DNA of 64,000 nt from a virus (taxonomy: Duplodnaviria; Caudoviricetes), in the IMG/VR virus record IMGVR_UViG_3300023174_003901, positions 96,001-160,000 of that record; one strand, given 5' to 3'. Of this stretch, positions 13,831 to 22,983 are shown one piece after another. The notes beneath the pieces were generated by a model, which was given only the letters and a program-made list of their open reading frames with translations, was not told the origin of the DNA and did not search any database. Positions within the stretch are counted from its first letter, which is position 1; each line of letters starts with the position of its first letter. The translations under genes and the position numbers were made by a program.

Positions 13831-14390
13831 TATAGTGTCTCTCCGCCCACTGTGCGGTTACAAGCACACAGTTCGCCAGTTTGCAATGCGTCTAATACAC
13901 GCAGAGTTTCTTCTGGGCTACGACCCACGTTCAAGTTGTTGACAGTGACATGTTGGATGACGTTGTCTGGATCCACAATGAATGTGGCACGAAGTGCGGC
14001 ACCTGCTGGAGCATAGAATACGCCCAACTGTTCAATAAGGCTTACGCTACCACGCTCTTCGCCGGGTTGGTGACGAGCAGTGTCAGCAAACTGATGATGT
14101 GTGATCTTACGCAAATCATCGTGACTCTTTTGCCATGCTACCTTGCAAAACTCGTTGTCTGTTGAGCCTGTTAGCAATACTGCATCACGATCAGCAAAGT
14201 CTTGTGCCAACTTGTCGTAGGCTACGATTTCTGTAGGGCAAACAAATGTAAAGTCCTTTGGATAGTAAACAATCACTTTCCACTTGCCTTCAAACGATTT
14301 TTCTGTAATCGTATAGAAAGCGTCTTCTGGTTGTCCAGGTTTGACGCCTGTTACTGCAAATTTTTCTAACTTATCGCCAACTGTTAACAT
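13830..14390 (-). CDS. ahpC: peroxiredoxin AhpC
   Basis: YYPKDFTFVCPTE, GRSPEETLRVLDALQ, ELCACN. Confidence 0.95.
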   Translation of the reverse strand: MLTVGDKLEKFAVTGVKPGQPEDAFYTITEKSFEGKWKVIVYYPKDFTFVCPTEIVAYDKLAQDFADRDAVLLTGSTDNEFCKVAWQKSHDDLRKITHHQFADTARHQPGEERGSVSLIEQLGVFYAPAGAALRATFIVDPDNVIQHVTVNNLNVGRSPEETLRVLDALQTGELCACNRTVGGETL

Positions 14391-14436
14391 ATTTTCTCCT
14401 TGATTAAATGAAACTCAGTATTTGTACTGAGCGTTT

Positions 14437-14522
14437 ATTATAGTAGTATATATCAATGAAGTCAAGCAAAAACAAGATTTTTGCTATTGTTTGTGTCAAT
14501 GCCAGCAATAGAAAATTTCTAA
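14437..14522 (-). promoter_or_regulatory. ahpC promoter with upstream OxyR-like box
   Basis: TTGACT-N17-TATAAT (14437-14465); ATTG-N7-CAAT-N7-ATAG-N7-CTAA at 14486-14522. Confidence 0.6.
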
Positions 14523-14998
14523 TCTTCGGCCTCTAGCACAATCCAGCCCAAACGAAATAAGTCTTCACGGATTTGATCTGTTACTGTGCCTTCTGGCACA
14601 TGTCCTAAGTCCACCCAATCATCATCAGGTTCGCCTTGTATGCCCGAGCAGTACCACTCGACATAGTCGCCTTCTTCACGCATGTCGGCAACAATACCCC
14701 CGGCATGACGCCAACTACAACCCCATGTTTTATTTTCAAGCCTGGGCCATACTTCGTTTTTTTGAAAATCATTGTTGCACAAGGCCGCATACAAGTTTTG
14801 AGCGTAGGTCTTGGTACTTTTGGCACTGTCACAGATCCATTTGGTACTACGCAAATCCCATTCCAAGTTGTCTTTCTGCCATTCAGGGTTGGCCAAGTTC
14901 TTGCGATCTTGGTTGCGTATGGATTCCAACACCTCGGCCAACTCATCACGAGAGTGTTGAAATGTGTGTCGTTGGGGACTGGAATTTACTTTAGTCAT
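14519..14998 (-). CDS. hypothetical protein
   Basis: Start moved to MTKVNSSPQ because the longer frame overlaps a tRNA. Confidence 0.75.
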   Translation of the reverse strand: MTKVNSSPQRHTFQHSRDELAEVLESIRNQDRKNLANPEWQKDNLEWDLRSTKWICDSAKSTKTYAQNLYAALCNNDFQKNEVWPRLENKTWGCSWRHAGGIVADMREEGDYVEWYCSGIQGEPDDDWVDLGHVPEGTVTDQIREDLFRLGWIVLEAED

Positions 14999-15009
14999 GA
15001 TATTAAAAA

Positions 15010-15086
15010 TGGTGCGCCCAACAGGACTCGAACCTGTGACCAATCGATTATGAGTCGACTGTTCTAACCAACTGAACTATAGGCGC
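15010..15086 (-). tRNA. tRNA-CAT (Ile2 or elongator Met)
   Basis: GTCGA-CTCATAA-TCGAT, canonical D and T arms, CCA; TTGACA-N16-TATAAT at 15095-15122. Confidence 0.92.
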
Positions 15087-15118
15087 ATTTGTTTATTATA
15101 ACAAAAAAATATTTAGTG

Positions 15119-15427
15119 TCAAGCCTGTATCCACTTGACCCTATCTCTTAATTCGATGCTTTCAGCACCATCGTATTCATTCACCCGAAAAAAAGTACCT
15201 TCAGGAATCCACTCTATTTTCAATCCCACTATACCACCATCATAGATGCCGGGGTACTTGAGAGTGACATACATCTCTAGTTCTTCATCTTGATTTTTTT
15301 CTACGAATTCAACAATGGCAGGATCAAACAAGATTCCAGGATGCTTGGGATTCCAAGTTGACCAGCCCCCGCCGTATTCGGGCGAGTAAATTACTGCTAC
15401 CCGACCGTCACGGATCAATTTGTTCAC
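15119..15427 (-). CDS. hypothetical protein
   Basis: 102-aa ORF, coupled to neighbour. Confidence 0.75.
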   Translation of the reverse strand: MNKLIRDGRVAVIYSPEYGGGWSTWNPKHPGILFDPAIVEFVEKNQDEELEMYVTLKYPGIYDGGIVGLKIEWIPEGTFFRVNEYDGAESIELRDRVKWIQA

Positions 15428-15711
15428 TTCAAGTCGCCTTTAAGGGTGTGCCAAACAACAGGATCACAGTTGAGATAGATTCGATATTTTACATTGTTGC
15501 GCCAACGTGTAAATTCGTTTATCTTGCGCTCTACAAAGTTAAACATTGAATCACGAAACCAAAACGGATTCAAGATGGCCGCAATCATGGCAATGGCTAA
15601 GGGCGGCATGAGAACGGCCACAGTGACCCAGTGGAAGGTCATGGCACGATAGAATCGGCCACCTGTGGGTGTGAGTGTTATTTCTTTGTTCATCGCTGTA
15701 CCTTTTGACAT
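15424..15711 (-). CDS. hypothetical membrane protein
   Basis: One hydrophobic segment; co-oriented run. Confidence 0.65.
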   Translation of the reverse strand: MSKGTAMNKEITLTPTGGRFYRAMTFHWVTVAVLMPPLAIAMIAAILNPFWFRDSMFNFVERKINEFTRWRNNVKYRIYLNCDPVVWHTLKGDLK

Positions 15712-15887
15712 TCAAAAACGCCGGGAAACATCTTGTTCTCCCGTACCAACTTGTCCATGTATACAACCATGGAAGTCTTGGTCTTTTCACAGTCCTCTAG
15801 TTCTCTAAACTGACTCATGCGTTCTATGTGAAAGCCTGGAACCCCGGCCTTGGTCACAATCAAAAATGTAAATATTAGTTCGTACAT
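15690..15887 (-). CDS. hypothetical protein
   Basis: 65-aa ORF in tightly packed run. Confidence 0.6.
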   Translation of the reverse strand: MYELIFTFLIVTKAGVPGFHIERMSQFRELEDCEKTKTSMVVYMDKLVRENKMFPGVFECQKVQR

Positions 15888-16111
15888 GGTTCATATCCTA
15901 AGTTCGTTGCGTATTCTCGAACAGACGGCGCCCCGTTCAACCCATCTTCATCTGTGAACACCGGATCGCTGGCATGCATATACCCATCCAGGAATGAGAT
16001 AAACCAAGCGGGTTCACCATAACTCACACAAGGTGTGGCCTGCCCTACTCGCCTGCCATTCACATAAGGTGGCCGATCGATACTGACGAGATACTGACTA
16101 ATCTGATTCAC
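15875..16111 (-). CDS. hypothetical protein
   Basis: 78-aa ORF, ATGA overlap. Confidence 0.6.
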   Translation of the reverse strand: MNQISQYLVSIDRPPYVNGRRVGQATPCVSYGEPAWFISFLDGYMHASDPVFTDEDGLNGAPSVREYATNLGYEPCTN

Positions 16112-16377
16112 GATTCAACCTCGTAGTTCTTTTTGATGTGCTTGGCAATGGTGTAGCCTTGTCCCAGTGTAAGTCCATCAAAGCGATAGGCAGTATCGGC
16201 ACAGTCGCGGATCAACAATTCAGCAAAGTGTTTCACAAACTTTTCCAAGTCTTCGGGCGTCATGGTGCTCCAAGTTTCCTTGAACTTGTCGTCCAGTGTC
16301 TGTCCCATTAGTTGTTTGATACGCTTGTTCACTGCGATCTCCGCTTCATCCATGTGTAGTCTACTCCGTCTGGACAC
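16108..16377 (-). CDS. hypothetical protein (start probably further downstream)
   Basis: Co-oriented ORF overlapping the upstream gene. Confidence 0.55.
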   Translation of the reverse strand: MSRRSRLHMDEAEIAVNKRIKQLMGQTLDDKFKETWSTMTPEDLEKFVKHFAELLIRDCADTAYRFDGLTLGQGYTIAKHIKKNYEVES

Positions 16378-16532
16378 TTGCCATTTCGAATGCTATCAGC
16401 GCCAAACACACCCACAATCTCCATACCGTTGCCTGTGATAGTAACAAACTCACCCAACGCCCGGGCATACGCCATGGCCTGATCCAAAGATTCAAAATCT
16501 TGTTGTTGAGTGGGGCTTGCTACATTATACAT
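16329..16532 (-). CDS. hypothetical protein
   Basis: 67-aa ORF directly after upstream stop. Confidence 0.65.
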   Translation of the reverse strand: MYNVASPTQQQDFESLDQAMAYARALGEFVTITGNGMEIVGVFGADSIRNGKCPDGVDYTWMKRRSQ

Positions 16533-16715
16533 TTAATCCATTAGACTGTAAAGTCTATCTTCCCAATAAAATTCATAACTTTGGCATTGTTCGGCAACTT
16601 TGCCCACAAGGCTGGCACGTTGTAGATAAGTTCTACTTGTTTTTGCCGCTTCTAATTTGGCAATCAGCGCATCAATGTCTGCATTCATACGCTCGTCAAG
16701 TGGTGATAGTCTCAT
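16533..16715 (-). CDS. hypothetical protein
   Basis: SD AAGGAA; 60 aa. Confidence 0.65.
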   Translation of the reverse strand: MRLSPLDERMNADIDALIAKLEAAKTSRTYLQRASLVGKVAEQCQSYEFYWEDRLYSLMD

Positions 16716-16724
16716 ATGATTTCC

Positions 16725-17072
16725 TTAATCTAAACGGCTACCAGCGTAGGCAGTAAAGCCGTATCGCTTAAACACATCAGCCGCCGCTTGGGCACCTGCT
16801 TCCAGGGTGTCTACGTTTTGCACGTACATATTGGCTGGGTTCCAAATTTGGAATGCTCCAGTATGGCTCTTGCTCACGCCTGCTTCTTTGAGAGCACGGC
16901 CCAGTTTGGTATTGCCCTTGACACCAAAGATGTCAACCCAGGCAAAGCCACAGGCAAACTGATCTCGTCCGCCAAGTTTTTCCTGGAAGAAACGTTCAGC
17001 GGCCTCACGAGCGGCTGACTTGGCTTCGGCTACGATTGTGTCTACTTTGACACCGTTTACTGTTACTGTCAT
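16725..17072 (-). CDS. hypothetical early protein
   Basis: SD AAGGAG; promoter TTGACC-N17-TATAAT at 17102-17130. Confidence 0.8.
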   Translation of the reverse strand: MTVTVNGVKVDTIVAEAKSAAREAAERFFQEKLGGRDQFACGFAWVDIFGVKGNTKLGRALKEAGVSKSHTGAFQIWNPANMYVQNVDTLEAGAQAAADVFKRYGFTAYAGSRLD

Positions 17073-17119
17073 GGAGGGCTCCTTTTAGTTTCTATACAAG
17101 TATTATAGCAAAATGGGAA

Positions 17120-17467
17120 TTATTGGTCAACCGTTTTTGTACGCACGTCGGTGTTGAGTGCAGGTGTATACTTTCGTATTAGTTCACGCTCTAGGGTGTG
17201 TGCTTGGGTCTTGCCACGCACAATGTCAACGATCGCAAAGTTCACAGCCGACTCACCAGCGGCGCGAATTGCTTCATACAGGCGCCAAGATTTGTCTTCT
17301 GTGCGTGAGCGATAGATGTGCTTGTTGATGCGTGAACGCAGGCTCATTGTGATGGTGCGTTGAGTTTTTGCTGTAACACCAATGTAGTACTCCAGGCCAA
17401 TTTGGATGAAGTAAACAATGTGTGTACGGTCCACTCGTTTTTTGCGTGATTGCTTTTTAAGTTCCAT
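17120..17467 (-). CDS. GIY-YIG nuclease-like protein
   Basis: HIVY...YYIGVT...RINKH; start MELKK 6 nt below TATAAT. Confidence 0.7.
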   Translation of the reverse strand: MELKKQSRKKRVDRTHIVYFIQIGLEYYIGVTAKTQRTITMSLRSRINKHIYRSRTEDKSWRLYEAIRAAGESAVNFAIVDIVRGKTQAHTLERELIRKYTPALNTDVRTKTVDQ

Positions 17468-17473
17468 ACATGT

Positions 17474-17558
17474 ATTATAACCGAAATTGCTTTTTTGGTC
17501 AACCAAAATCAAGTACTACAAAAGTACTACTTTTTGCGGGTTACAAAAGTAGTACTTT
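17474..17558 (-). promoter_or_regulatory. sigma70 promoter with upstream AGTA-N-TACT repeats and a 14-bp inverted repeat
   Basis: TTGACC-N17-TATAAT (17474-17502); AAAGTACTACTTTT-N10-AAAAGTAGTACTTT (17521-17558). Confidence 0.7.
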
Positions 17559-17562
17559 GGGT

Positions 17563-17943
17563 TTAACTGTAATTTTCCAGGAATCGGCTCAAGTCCCCGT
17601 ACAAGTTGGCCAGCAAGGCCTCGCGACTGCCGTAGAATTCAATCCAGGGCTTGCGTCGATCGGCTTTGAGAAAATATGGATCATGCAGTCGTTGGTCCAA
17701 CATGACCAACAGTCGGGGTGTGAGTTTGTCTGGGTTGATGTCAAAGTGATAACTCTCTACACCCAATTGTTTCATAACTGCATAACCTTCTGCAGTCAAT
17801 CGTAGACCGGAACCATCTCTAATGTTCTGCCACCAGTCACGCATGGCCGAACGGATGCCAGGACGGTCATCAGGCTTGAGTTGTGCAATTACGGCTTGAG
17901 TGATGGCAAGTTTATCTCGCATTGGGATAGATCTTATCCCCAC
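17563..17943 (-). CDS. hypothetical protein
   Basis: 126-aa ORF, co-oriented. Confidence 0.7.
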   Translation of the reverse strand: MGIRSIPMRDKLAITQAVIAQLKPDDRPGIRSAMRDWWQNIRDGSGLRLTAEGYAVMKQLGVESYHFDINPDKLTPRLLVMLDQRLHDPYFLKADRRKPWIEFYGSREALLANLYGDLSRFLENYS

Positions 17944-18208
17944 TCTTTAACAACACCACAGTGAACTTGTCGGTCTTGAATTGTACATTGAGTTTGCGAG
18001 CCAAGTTGATGGCATGACCACTGTTGCTGAAACTGACCTTTTTGTACTTGGGGCCAGGATACTGAGTCAACAGATTGGCAGTTTTGAGATTGATAGGCTG
18101 GTTGTCAAAGAACACCGCCCAGATGCCTTCGGCCGCAAGTACCTGTTCCGTCTTGTAGGTCTGCTTGTTTGTGTGCTCAATCAGCACTTGTGGCTTGGGT
18201 CTGCTCAT
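17912..18208 (-). CDS. hypothetical protein
   Basis: SD AGGAG; 98 aa. Confidence 0.75.
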   Translation of the reverse strand: MSRPKPQVLIEHTNKQTYKTEQVLAAEGIWAVFFDNQPINLKTANLLTQYPGPKYKKVSFSNSGHAINLARKLNVQFKTDKFTVVLLKSGDKIYPNAR

Positions 18209-18251
18209 TCATTAAACTCCTACATTTATTTATCTCAAAATATACGTAGTT

Positions 18252-18461
18252 TTAGAAGTCTTTGCCGGCCACTTCCACTGTGATTATGGACTCCTGTTGT
18301 AGAGCCTGAACTTGAGACTGTAAGTTAGTGACAACCAACAACAATTTGGTTATATCAGCATGTAGATCTTTGGCATCTCGCATGGGGCACATGAAGTCCT
18401 TGGCATTGCGACTTTCGTGTGCTTTGATGTTGTCTATGAATCGGTTTATGTGTAGACTCAT
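18252..18461 (-). CDS. hypothetical protein
   Basis: 69 aa, ATGA overlap. Confidence 0.65.
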   Translation of the reverse strand: MSLHINRFIDNIKAHESRNAKDFMCPMRDAKDLHADITKLLLVVTNLQSQVQALQQESIITVEVAGKDF

Positions 18462-18826
18462 TGCCGCTTCAAGAAAGGTTTCAAATCAGGTGGTTCCCAG
18501 CCCAAAGGCTTGAGTACCTTGCCATCTTCACGCTTGCGAACCTTGCCTGTTTCGTGATCAATCTTGGCAAAGTTGGTCTTCATGACTTCCTTCCACGCAC
18601 CTTCTGCATCAAACCCTGCTGAGTGTATGGCACCAATGGTCACAACCAAGATATCGATCAGTGCATCCAATGCTTCTACATCATCGTTGGCTGCCAATGC
18701 GGCCACGAGTTCTTTGTGTTCTTCTTCGATGAGATTGCAGTACATATCAAACTGAGCACCTGGTGGCCCATCAACTGTTTGATCACAGGCTCTCATAAAT
18801 TTTTCTTGATCACGGAAGGGGTTCAT
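18458..18826 (-). CDS. MazG-like all-alpha NTP pyrophosphohydrolase
   Basis: LIEEEHKEL...DALIDILVV...SNxxK-like TNFAK, RKREDGKVLKP. Confidence 0.8.
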   Translation of the reverse strand: MNPFRDQEKFMRACDQTVDGPPGAQFDMYCNLIEEEHKELVAALAANDDVEALDALIDILVVTIGAIHSAGFDAEGAWKEVMKTNFAKIDHETGKVRKREDGKVLKPLGWEPPDLKPFLKRQ

Positions 18827-19268
18827 TACGTGCCTCGTCTTCGGTATGAAAGGGACCTTGGTAAGCATAACGCTCCAGGGTAATAAGTTTGGGACTCTGA
18901 GTCACTGCCCAGGTCTTGCGTTGACGCACTTGATACCAGCCGGCCGCAAACCACGACTTTGATTTGCGTTTCTTGGTAAACAATGGTAAGCCTTGTTGTA
19001 CGTCCCATACAGGGTTGTATACTCGACTGCCCGATGGATAGCCTTGCACTTGATAACTGGCCGGCTCTCGATTGGGCTTGTTGCCAATGGCTTCAAACTC
19101 AATGTTGGCTCGTTGCCGAATCATGTTGATAGTTTTGAAACTGGTAATCTTGTTATCAATCTTTACAGCGTAGCCATCATCAGTGGCCTCTATGTTGCCG
19201 ATCTTGCGATCGTCTTGTTTCAAAATCCAAAACTGATTATCAACTACCGGTTTGGCTACTATGTTCAT
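18810..19268 (-). CDS. hypothetical protein
   Basis: 152-aa ORF in run. Confidence 0.75.
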   Translation of the reverse strand: MNIVAKPVVDNQFWILKQDDRKIGNIEATDDGYAVKIDNKITSFKTINMIRQRANIEFEAIGNKPNREPASYQVQGYPSGSRVYNPVWDVQQGLPLFTKKRKSKSWFAAGWYQVRQRKTWAVTQSPKLITLERYAYQGPFHTEDEARNEPLP

Positions 19269-20262
19269 TTAAGCGTCCTTTGTAAGTTTCGTTGAGCCAG
19301 CGAGCATATTGTTCTGCTGACTCTGAAAGTTTGTTCAACTCGTATTTGCCACAAAATTTCATAAATCTGACTCCTACCTGTCCCACGTCCTTGTGACTGA
19401 CGTTCTCATGTATGGCCATGTCCACTTTGTGCTTGATCTCTGCAGGCTGTGCGGTAAGGTCAACCAAGGTACAGTTGCGTTCGTAATCATCTTTCACACG
19501 ATGTTCTAGACCGTTGTGGTCGGACCAACGTTGGAGCATGAGATTGTTCCACGCATACCCTTTATCATTGCGATCCGCGTAGGCTTCACGGAGACCAACT
19601 TTATTCTTTGTGCCTTTCTCACGTACTCCCGGATATGCACTAAAAACATTGTCGGAGGAGTCCCCACGCATACACTTCTCAAATAACAGCCAGGCTGGGT
19701 CTGGTACCGTTTTTGGCTGTTTAGTTTTTTTATCAATGACCTGTCGACCTTTAGCATCAAAGATTCCTTCCAAGGTATGAAGTTCGTCGGTTATGCCATT
19801 GTACTGGCTGACATTGGGAGCAAGCAATTGTATGAAATCTGTGTCTGAACTGATAATGTAGTGTTCGTCCAGTGGGTGCAATGCAATCCAGCGAGCAATC
19901 ACATCATCTGCTTCAGCCTCTGGGTGACGTATCACGCTACAGTTTGTGTTGTCACTCAAGTATTTAGTCAGGCTATCAAACGTCTCCCAGAACAACTGAT
20001 CTTCTTCTTTTTCAGTTTCTGTCAAAGCCGCACGAGCCACAGCACGATTCTTCTTGTAAGGCTCGTAATAGTCCTTGCGCCACGAGCGTCCTTCCAGTGC
20101 GAATACCACGTGATCTGCTTCAAATTTGCGGTGCACCTTGTTGATACTACTCATTACAATATGCAGAGCATAGCCTACCTTTTCCCAAGGATCTGCGGCT
20201 CGGAAAGCCGAATGACGGGCACGAAAAAATGTGTTAGCAGTATCAATCAGCAAGTATCGCAT
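19240..20262 (-). CDS. rnh: 5'-3' exonuclease / T4 RNase H-like flap endonuclease
   Basis: LLIDTAN, EADDVIA, ISSDTDFIQL, GDSSDNV motifs. Confidence 0.9.
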   Translation of the reverse strand: MRYLLIDTANTFFRARHSAFRAADPWEKVGYALHIVMSSINKVHRKFEADHVVFALEGRSWRKDYYEPYKKNRAVARAALTETEKEEDQLFWETFDSLTKYLSDNTNCSVIRHPEAEADDVIARWIALHPLDEHYIISSDTDFIQLLAPNVSQYNGITDELHTLEGIFDAKGRQVIDKKTKQPKTVPDPAWLLFEKCMRGDSSDNVFSAYPGVREKGTKNKVGLREAYADRNDKGYAWNNLMLQRWSDHNGLEHRVKDDYERNCTLVDLTAQPAEIKHKVDMAIHENVSHKDVGQVGVRFMKFCGKYELNKLSESAEQYARWLNETYKGRLNEHSSQTGS

Positions 20263-20264
20263 GT

Positions 20265-20966
20265 TTAAACCAAGTTGTTGTGTTTGATGTAGTTTAACAC
20301 ATGTTCCGCCCAAAAGCAATGGGCAGCCTCACCAAAATGCCAAGAATCCGGGCGTACAGTAGCAAAACCACTGTTTCTTAGTACTCGATCGTAGGTATTG
20401 TCCGGATCATAAGGTGCCATGTAGTTCACACCCCAGTCGTGACGATTTGTCACACCTGAGAAATCCGAATTACCATTAAAGAACACATGCCGAACATGGT
20501 TGAGTCGGAGTTCACGATGAAACTGCCAGATTTCACTGTGTGCGTGTTGTCTACATTCCTGCCAATCAACCTCGGATATAAACCGCCGATATCGATCCTG
20601 TAGATCTATGGGCACATGATCTACGCCACTAGCATTGACTTGATACCAGGTATTATCATGCAACCATTCTTGACGTTCCCAAGTTGACCATTGTATGACG
20701 ACTAGAGTATCTTCAAAACTATCTTGCTGTTGCAACCAGGCTCGGGTGGTGCGCATGATTCGAGCATTGCTGGAGGCACTTTCTGCATCACAATGTAGTA
20801 TGGCTCTGAGATAGTTGGCCAGATCGCAACCCCAACTCACACGCTCGTTATCTGGATGTGGCCTACGTCCTAGCCCATAATACAAGCCATCATCTTCGGC
20901 AAAGGCATATGAGTTAACTGCTTCGGCAGCGGCAGTATGGCTATCACCGTTGACATACAGTATCAA
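20265..20966 (-). CDS. SGNH/GDSL hydrolase-like protein
   Basis: YVNGDSHT, ASSNARI, DSWHFGEAAH. Confidence 0.7.
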   Translation of the reverse strand: MILYVNGDSHTAAAEAVNSYAFAEDDGLYYGLGRRPHPDNERVSWGCDLANYLRAILHCDAESASSNARIMRTTRAWLQQQDSFEDTLVVIQWSTWERQEWLHDNTWYQVNASGVDHVPIDLQDRYRRFISEVDWQECRQHAHSEIWQFHRELRLNHVRHVFFNGNSDFSGVTNRHDWGVNYMAPYDPDNTYDRVLRNSGFATVRPDSWHFGEAAHCFWAEHVLNYIKHNNLV

Positions 20967-21367
20967 GAGACCTCTGTGCGTCCGTCACCAAGGTCGGTGG
21001 TACGAACATAAATGCCTGATTTCTTGATGGCTTCTTCTTGTTCCCATGTTTCCATTACAACATGGCGGCAAACATTTTGGAACCAGCGGTCCACAATCTC
21101 TGCGTCTGTGTCTTCTTTTTTGATTTGATATCCTGCACGAATAAGATTGAAGATGAACTTGTCATTCCAGTCTAGTTCAAACGCTCCTTGATGCAGATTT
21201 TCAGGATCAATGTCCATGCTTAAAATTGCCACCCAGGGCTCGCCACGTTCAGTGGCCAGTTGCTTTTCAGTCTTGACAGGTTCCTTGGGCTTGGGTTCGG
21301 CCTTGACCTTGGGAGCCGGTTCGGGTTTTTTCTTGAACCAATCACGTATTCCCATCATGTGCCCCAT
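20963..21367 (-). CDS. hypothetical protein
   Basis: 134-aa ORF, coupled. Confidence 0.75.
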   Translation of the reverse strand: MGHMMGIRDWFKKKPEPAPKVKAEPKPKEPVKTEKQLATERGEPWVAILSMDIDPENLHQGAFELDWNDKFIFNLIRAGYQIKKEDTDAEIVDRWFQNVCRHVVMETWEQEEAIKKSGIYVRTTDLGDGRTEVS

Positions 21368-22203
21368 TCGTTTTTAAACAGTGGCACTTGTAGTCTATCA
21401 CTATACCGCCAGCCTTTTCGCATGGCCATCTCTGCCACTGCACGATTGTTAAGGGTATACACCCGCTCAACCCCACCAACAGGCATGACATACACAGGAC
21501 CCGTAAAGCCTGCTGTGCGATACTCCAACACTGCTTGTTCAGCATCTGTTAAATCCTGTTCTGTTGCCACCACTAGTTTCAAGTAAGTATAACCAACTTG
21601 TTCGTACTCACATACCACTTCTGGGCATATTGCTTCTTCCCACCGCTCACCTGAACCAGGAAGTTTAGCACTTACGGAGAATGTGATTTCACGTTGTGCT
21701 CTCCATCTCTGCAGATATTCTTTAAACTCTGGAGTGAGTTTTTGGGTGCCGTTGGTTTCAAATGTGATTTCTTTGAGACCATGCATGCTGTCGTGATCCA
21801 GCAAGTCCGGATAAGCACGTTGCCAACCCAGCAATGGTTCACCACCTGTAATAACCAAGTGTTCTTCTTCCCAACGCCGATGTGGAAGTATCTCCATAAT
21901 ACGATCCACAATAGCATTACTTTCTAACATGGGACTTAGGTCCTTGAAGTCTGGATGCCATGACGCATAACTATCACATCCTGTACTAACCAAAGGCAAG
22001 TCTTCGTACTTCTCAAATGCCCGGATCATTGTATGTGTGGCCGCAAGGTCAGTAGCCTCGTGGCTTGCTTCACCACGTGGCATACCAAAGCCGGCACATT
22101 TAAAGTTGCAACCAAACGTTCTCAAGAACACCGACGGCACACCCATATATCTGCCTTCGCCTTGGATTGAATAAAATAATTCTGCTATTTTGAGTTTACT
22201 CAT
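21355..22203 (-). CDS. queE: 7-carboxy-7-deazaguanine synthase (radical SAM)
   Basis: IAELFYSIQGEG, VFLRTFGCNF, CDS, ITGGEPL, ETNGT, VSAK. Confidence 0.9.
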   Translation of the reverse strand: MSKLKIAELFYSIQGEGRYMGVPSVFLRTFGCNFKCAGFGMPRGEASHEATDLAATHTMIRAFEKYEDLPLVSTGCDSYASWHPDFKDLSPMLESNAIVDRIMEILPHRRWEEEHLVITGGEPLLGWQRAYPDLLDHDSMHGLKEITFETNGTQKLTPEFKEYLQRWRAQREITFSVSAKLPGSGERWEEAICPEVVCEYEQVGYTYLKLVVATEQDLTDAEQAVLEYRTAGFTGPVYVMPVGGVERVYTLNNRAVAEMAMRKGWRYSDRLQVPLFKNEWGT

Positions 22204-22982
22204 ATTTTCTTTGCTTTGATTAATAGATGCCAACCTAGATATTCTTTTACTGCTTCACGCATTTCTTCTGACATGGCCGCAAACCATGGCTCTAGTTCGT
22301 AGATACCTTGTCGGTACTTGGGTACATTATACATGAAACAATGTGCTTGTCTAATCCTTAGGACCTCAAATTTACCTTTTAGTAAATCATAAATTTCTTC
22401 ATTTGAGTAGGCCTGTGCATACGGACAACCTGCTTGTGCCTCAAATTGATCCAGACCTTTTCGAATCATGGCATACTTCCAGGAATTCTTTGCGTATACC
22501 AACATTCTAAACTCACCGTCTGGTTCTAAGGCGGTGTGAATGTTGTCAAGGCAAGTGGTCATGTCCGGATAGTGATGTAGCACACCACATGAATACACCA
22601 GGTCAAACTGGCCCAGGGTGGCCATGCTTTTGGTATCAGCGGCATCCATGTTATGAAACTCACCTTCTAGACCAAACAAGTCAAATCGTTGACGGCTCAT
22701 GGCTACAGACTCTGCTGAAAGATCAATACCCACATACTCAGCACCGTGACGCACAAACTCCACAGCGTCCGAACCAATACCAGATCCTACTTCCAACACA
22801 CGCTTGCCGCGCCATTGATGAAACCCAGCCAAGTCACGCAGGTGTGGTTCTACAAAATATCTACGCTTGCTTATTTCATTCCAGTATTGTTCTGTTCCGG
22901 GCTCACTTAGGCTGTGTTTGACATTACACGGCTGTGTATTCCAATAATTTTTAATACGGTCAATCAGTTGATCATTATTCAC
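22200..22982 (-). CDS. class I SAM-dependent methyltransferase
   Basis: VLEVGSGIG, GIDLS, FDLVYSCGVLHH, LEPDG. Confidence 0.88.
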   Translation of the reverse strand: MNNDQLIDRIKNYWNTQPCNVKHSLSEPGTEQYWNEISKRRYFVEPHLRDLAGFHQWRGKRVLEVGSGIGSDAVEFVRHGAEYVGIDLSAESVAMSRQRFDLFGLEGEFHNMDAADTKSMATLGQFDLVYSCGVLHHYPDMTTCLDNIHTALEPDGEFRMLVYAKNSWKYAMIRKGLDQFEAQAGCPYAQAYSNEEIYDLLKGKFEVLRIRQAHCFMYNVPKYRQGIYELEPWFAAMSEEMREAVKEYLGWHLLIKAKKI

Positions 22983-22983
22983 G

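Noticed and set aside
14999-15043. Track start of the 14519-15043 ORF
   Set aside because: It lies within tRNA-CAT; the ATG at 14998 is preferred.
4851-15086. Stop-codon recoding or suppressor tRNA
   Set aside because: No CTA, TTA or TCA anticodon was found; long genes are intact in the standard code and TAA, TAG and TGA are all used as stops.
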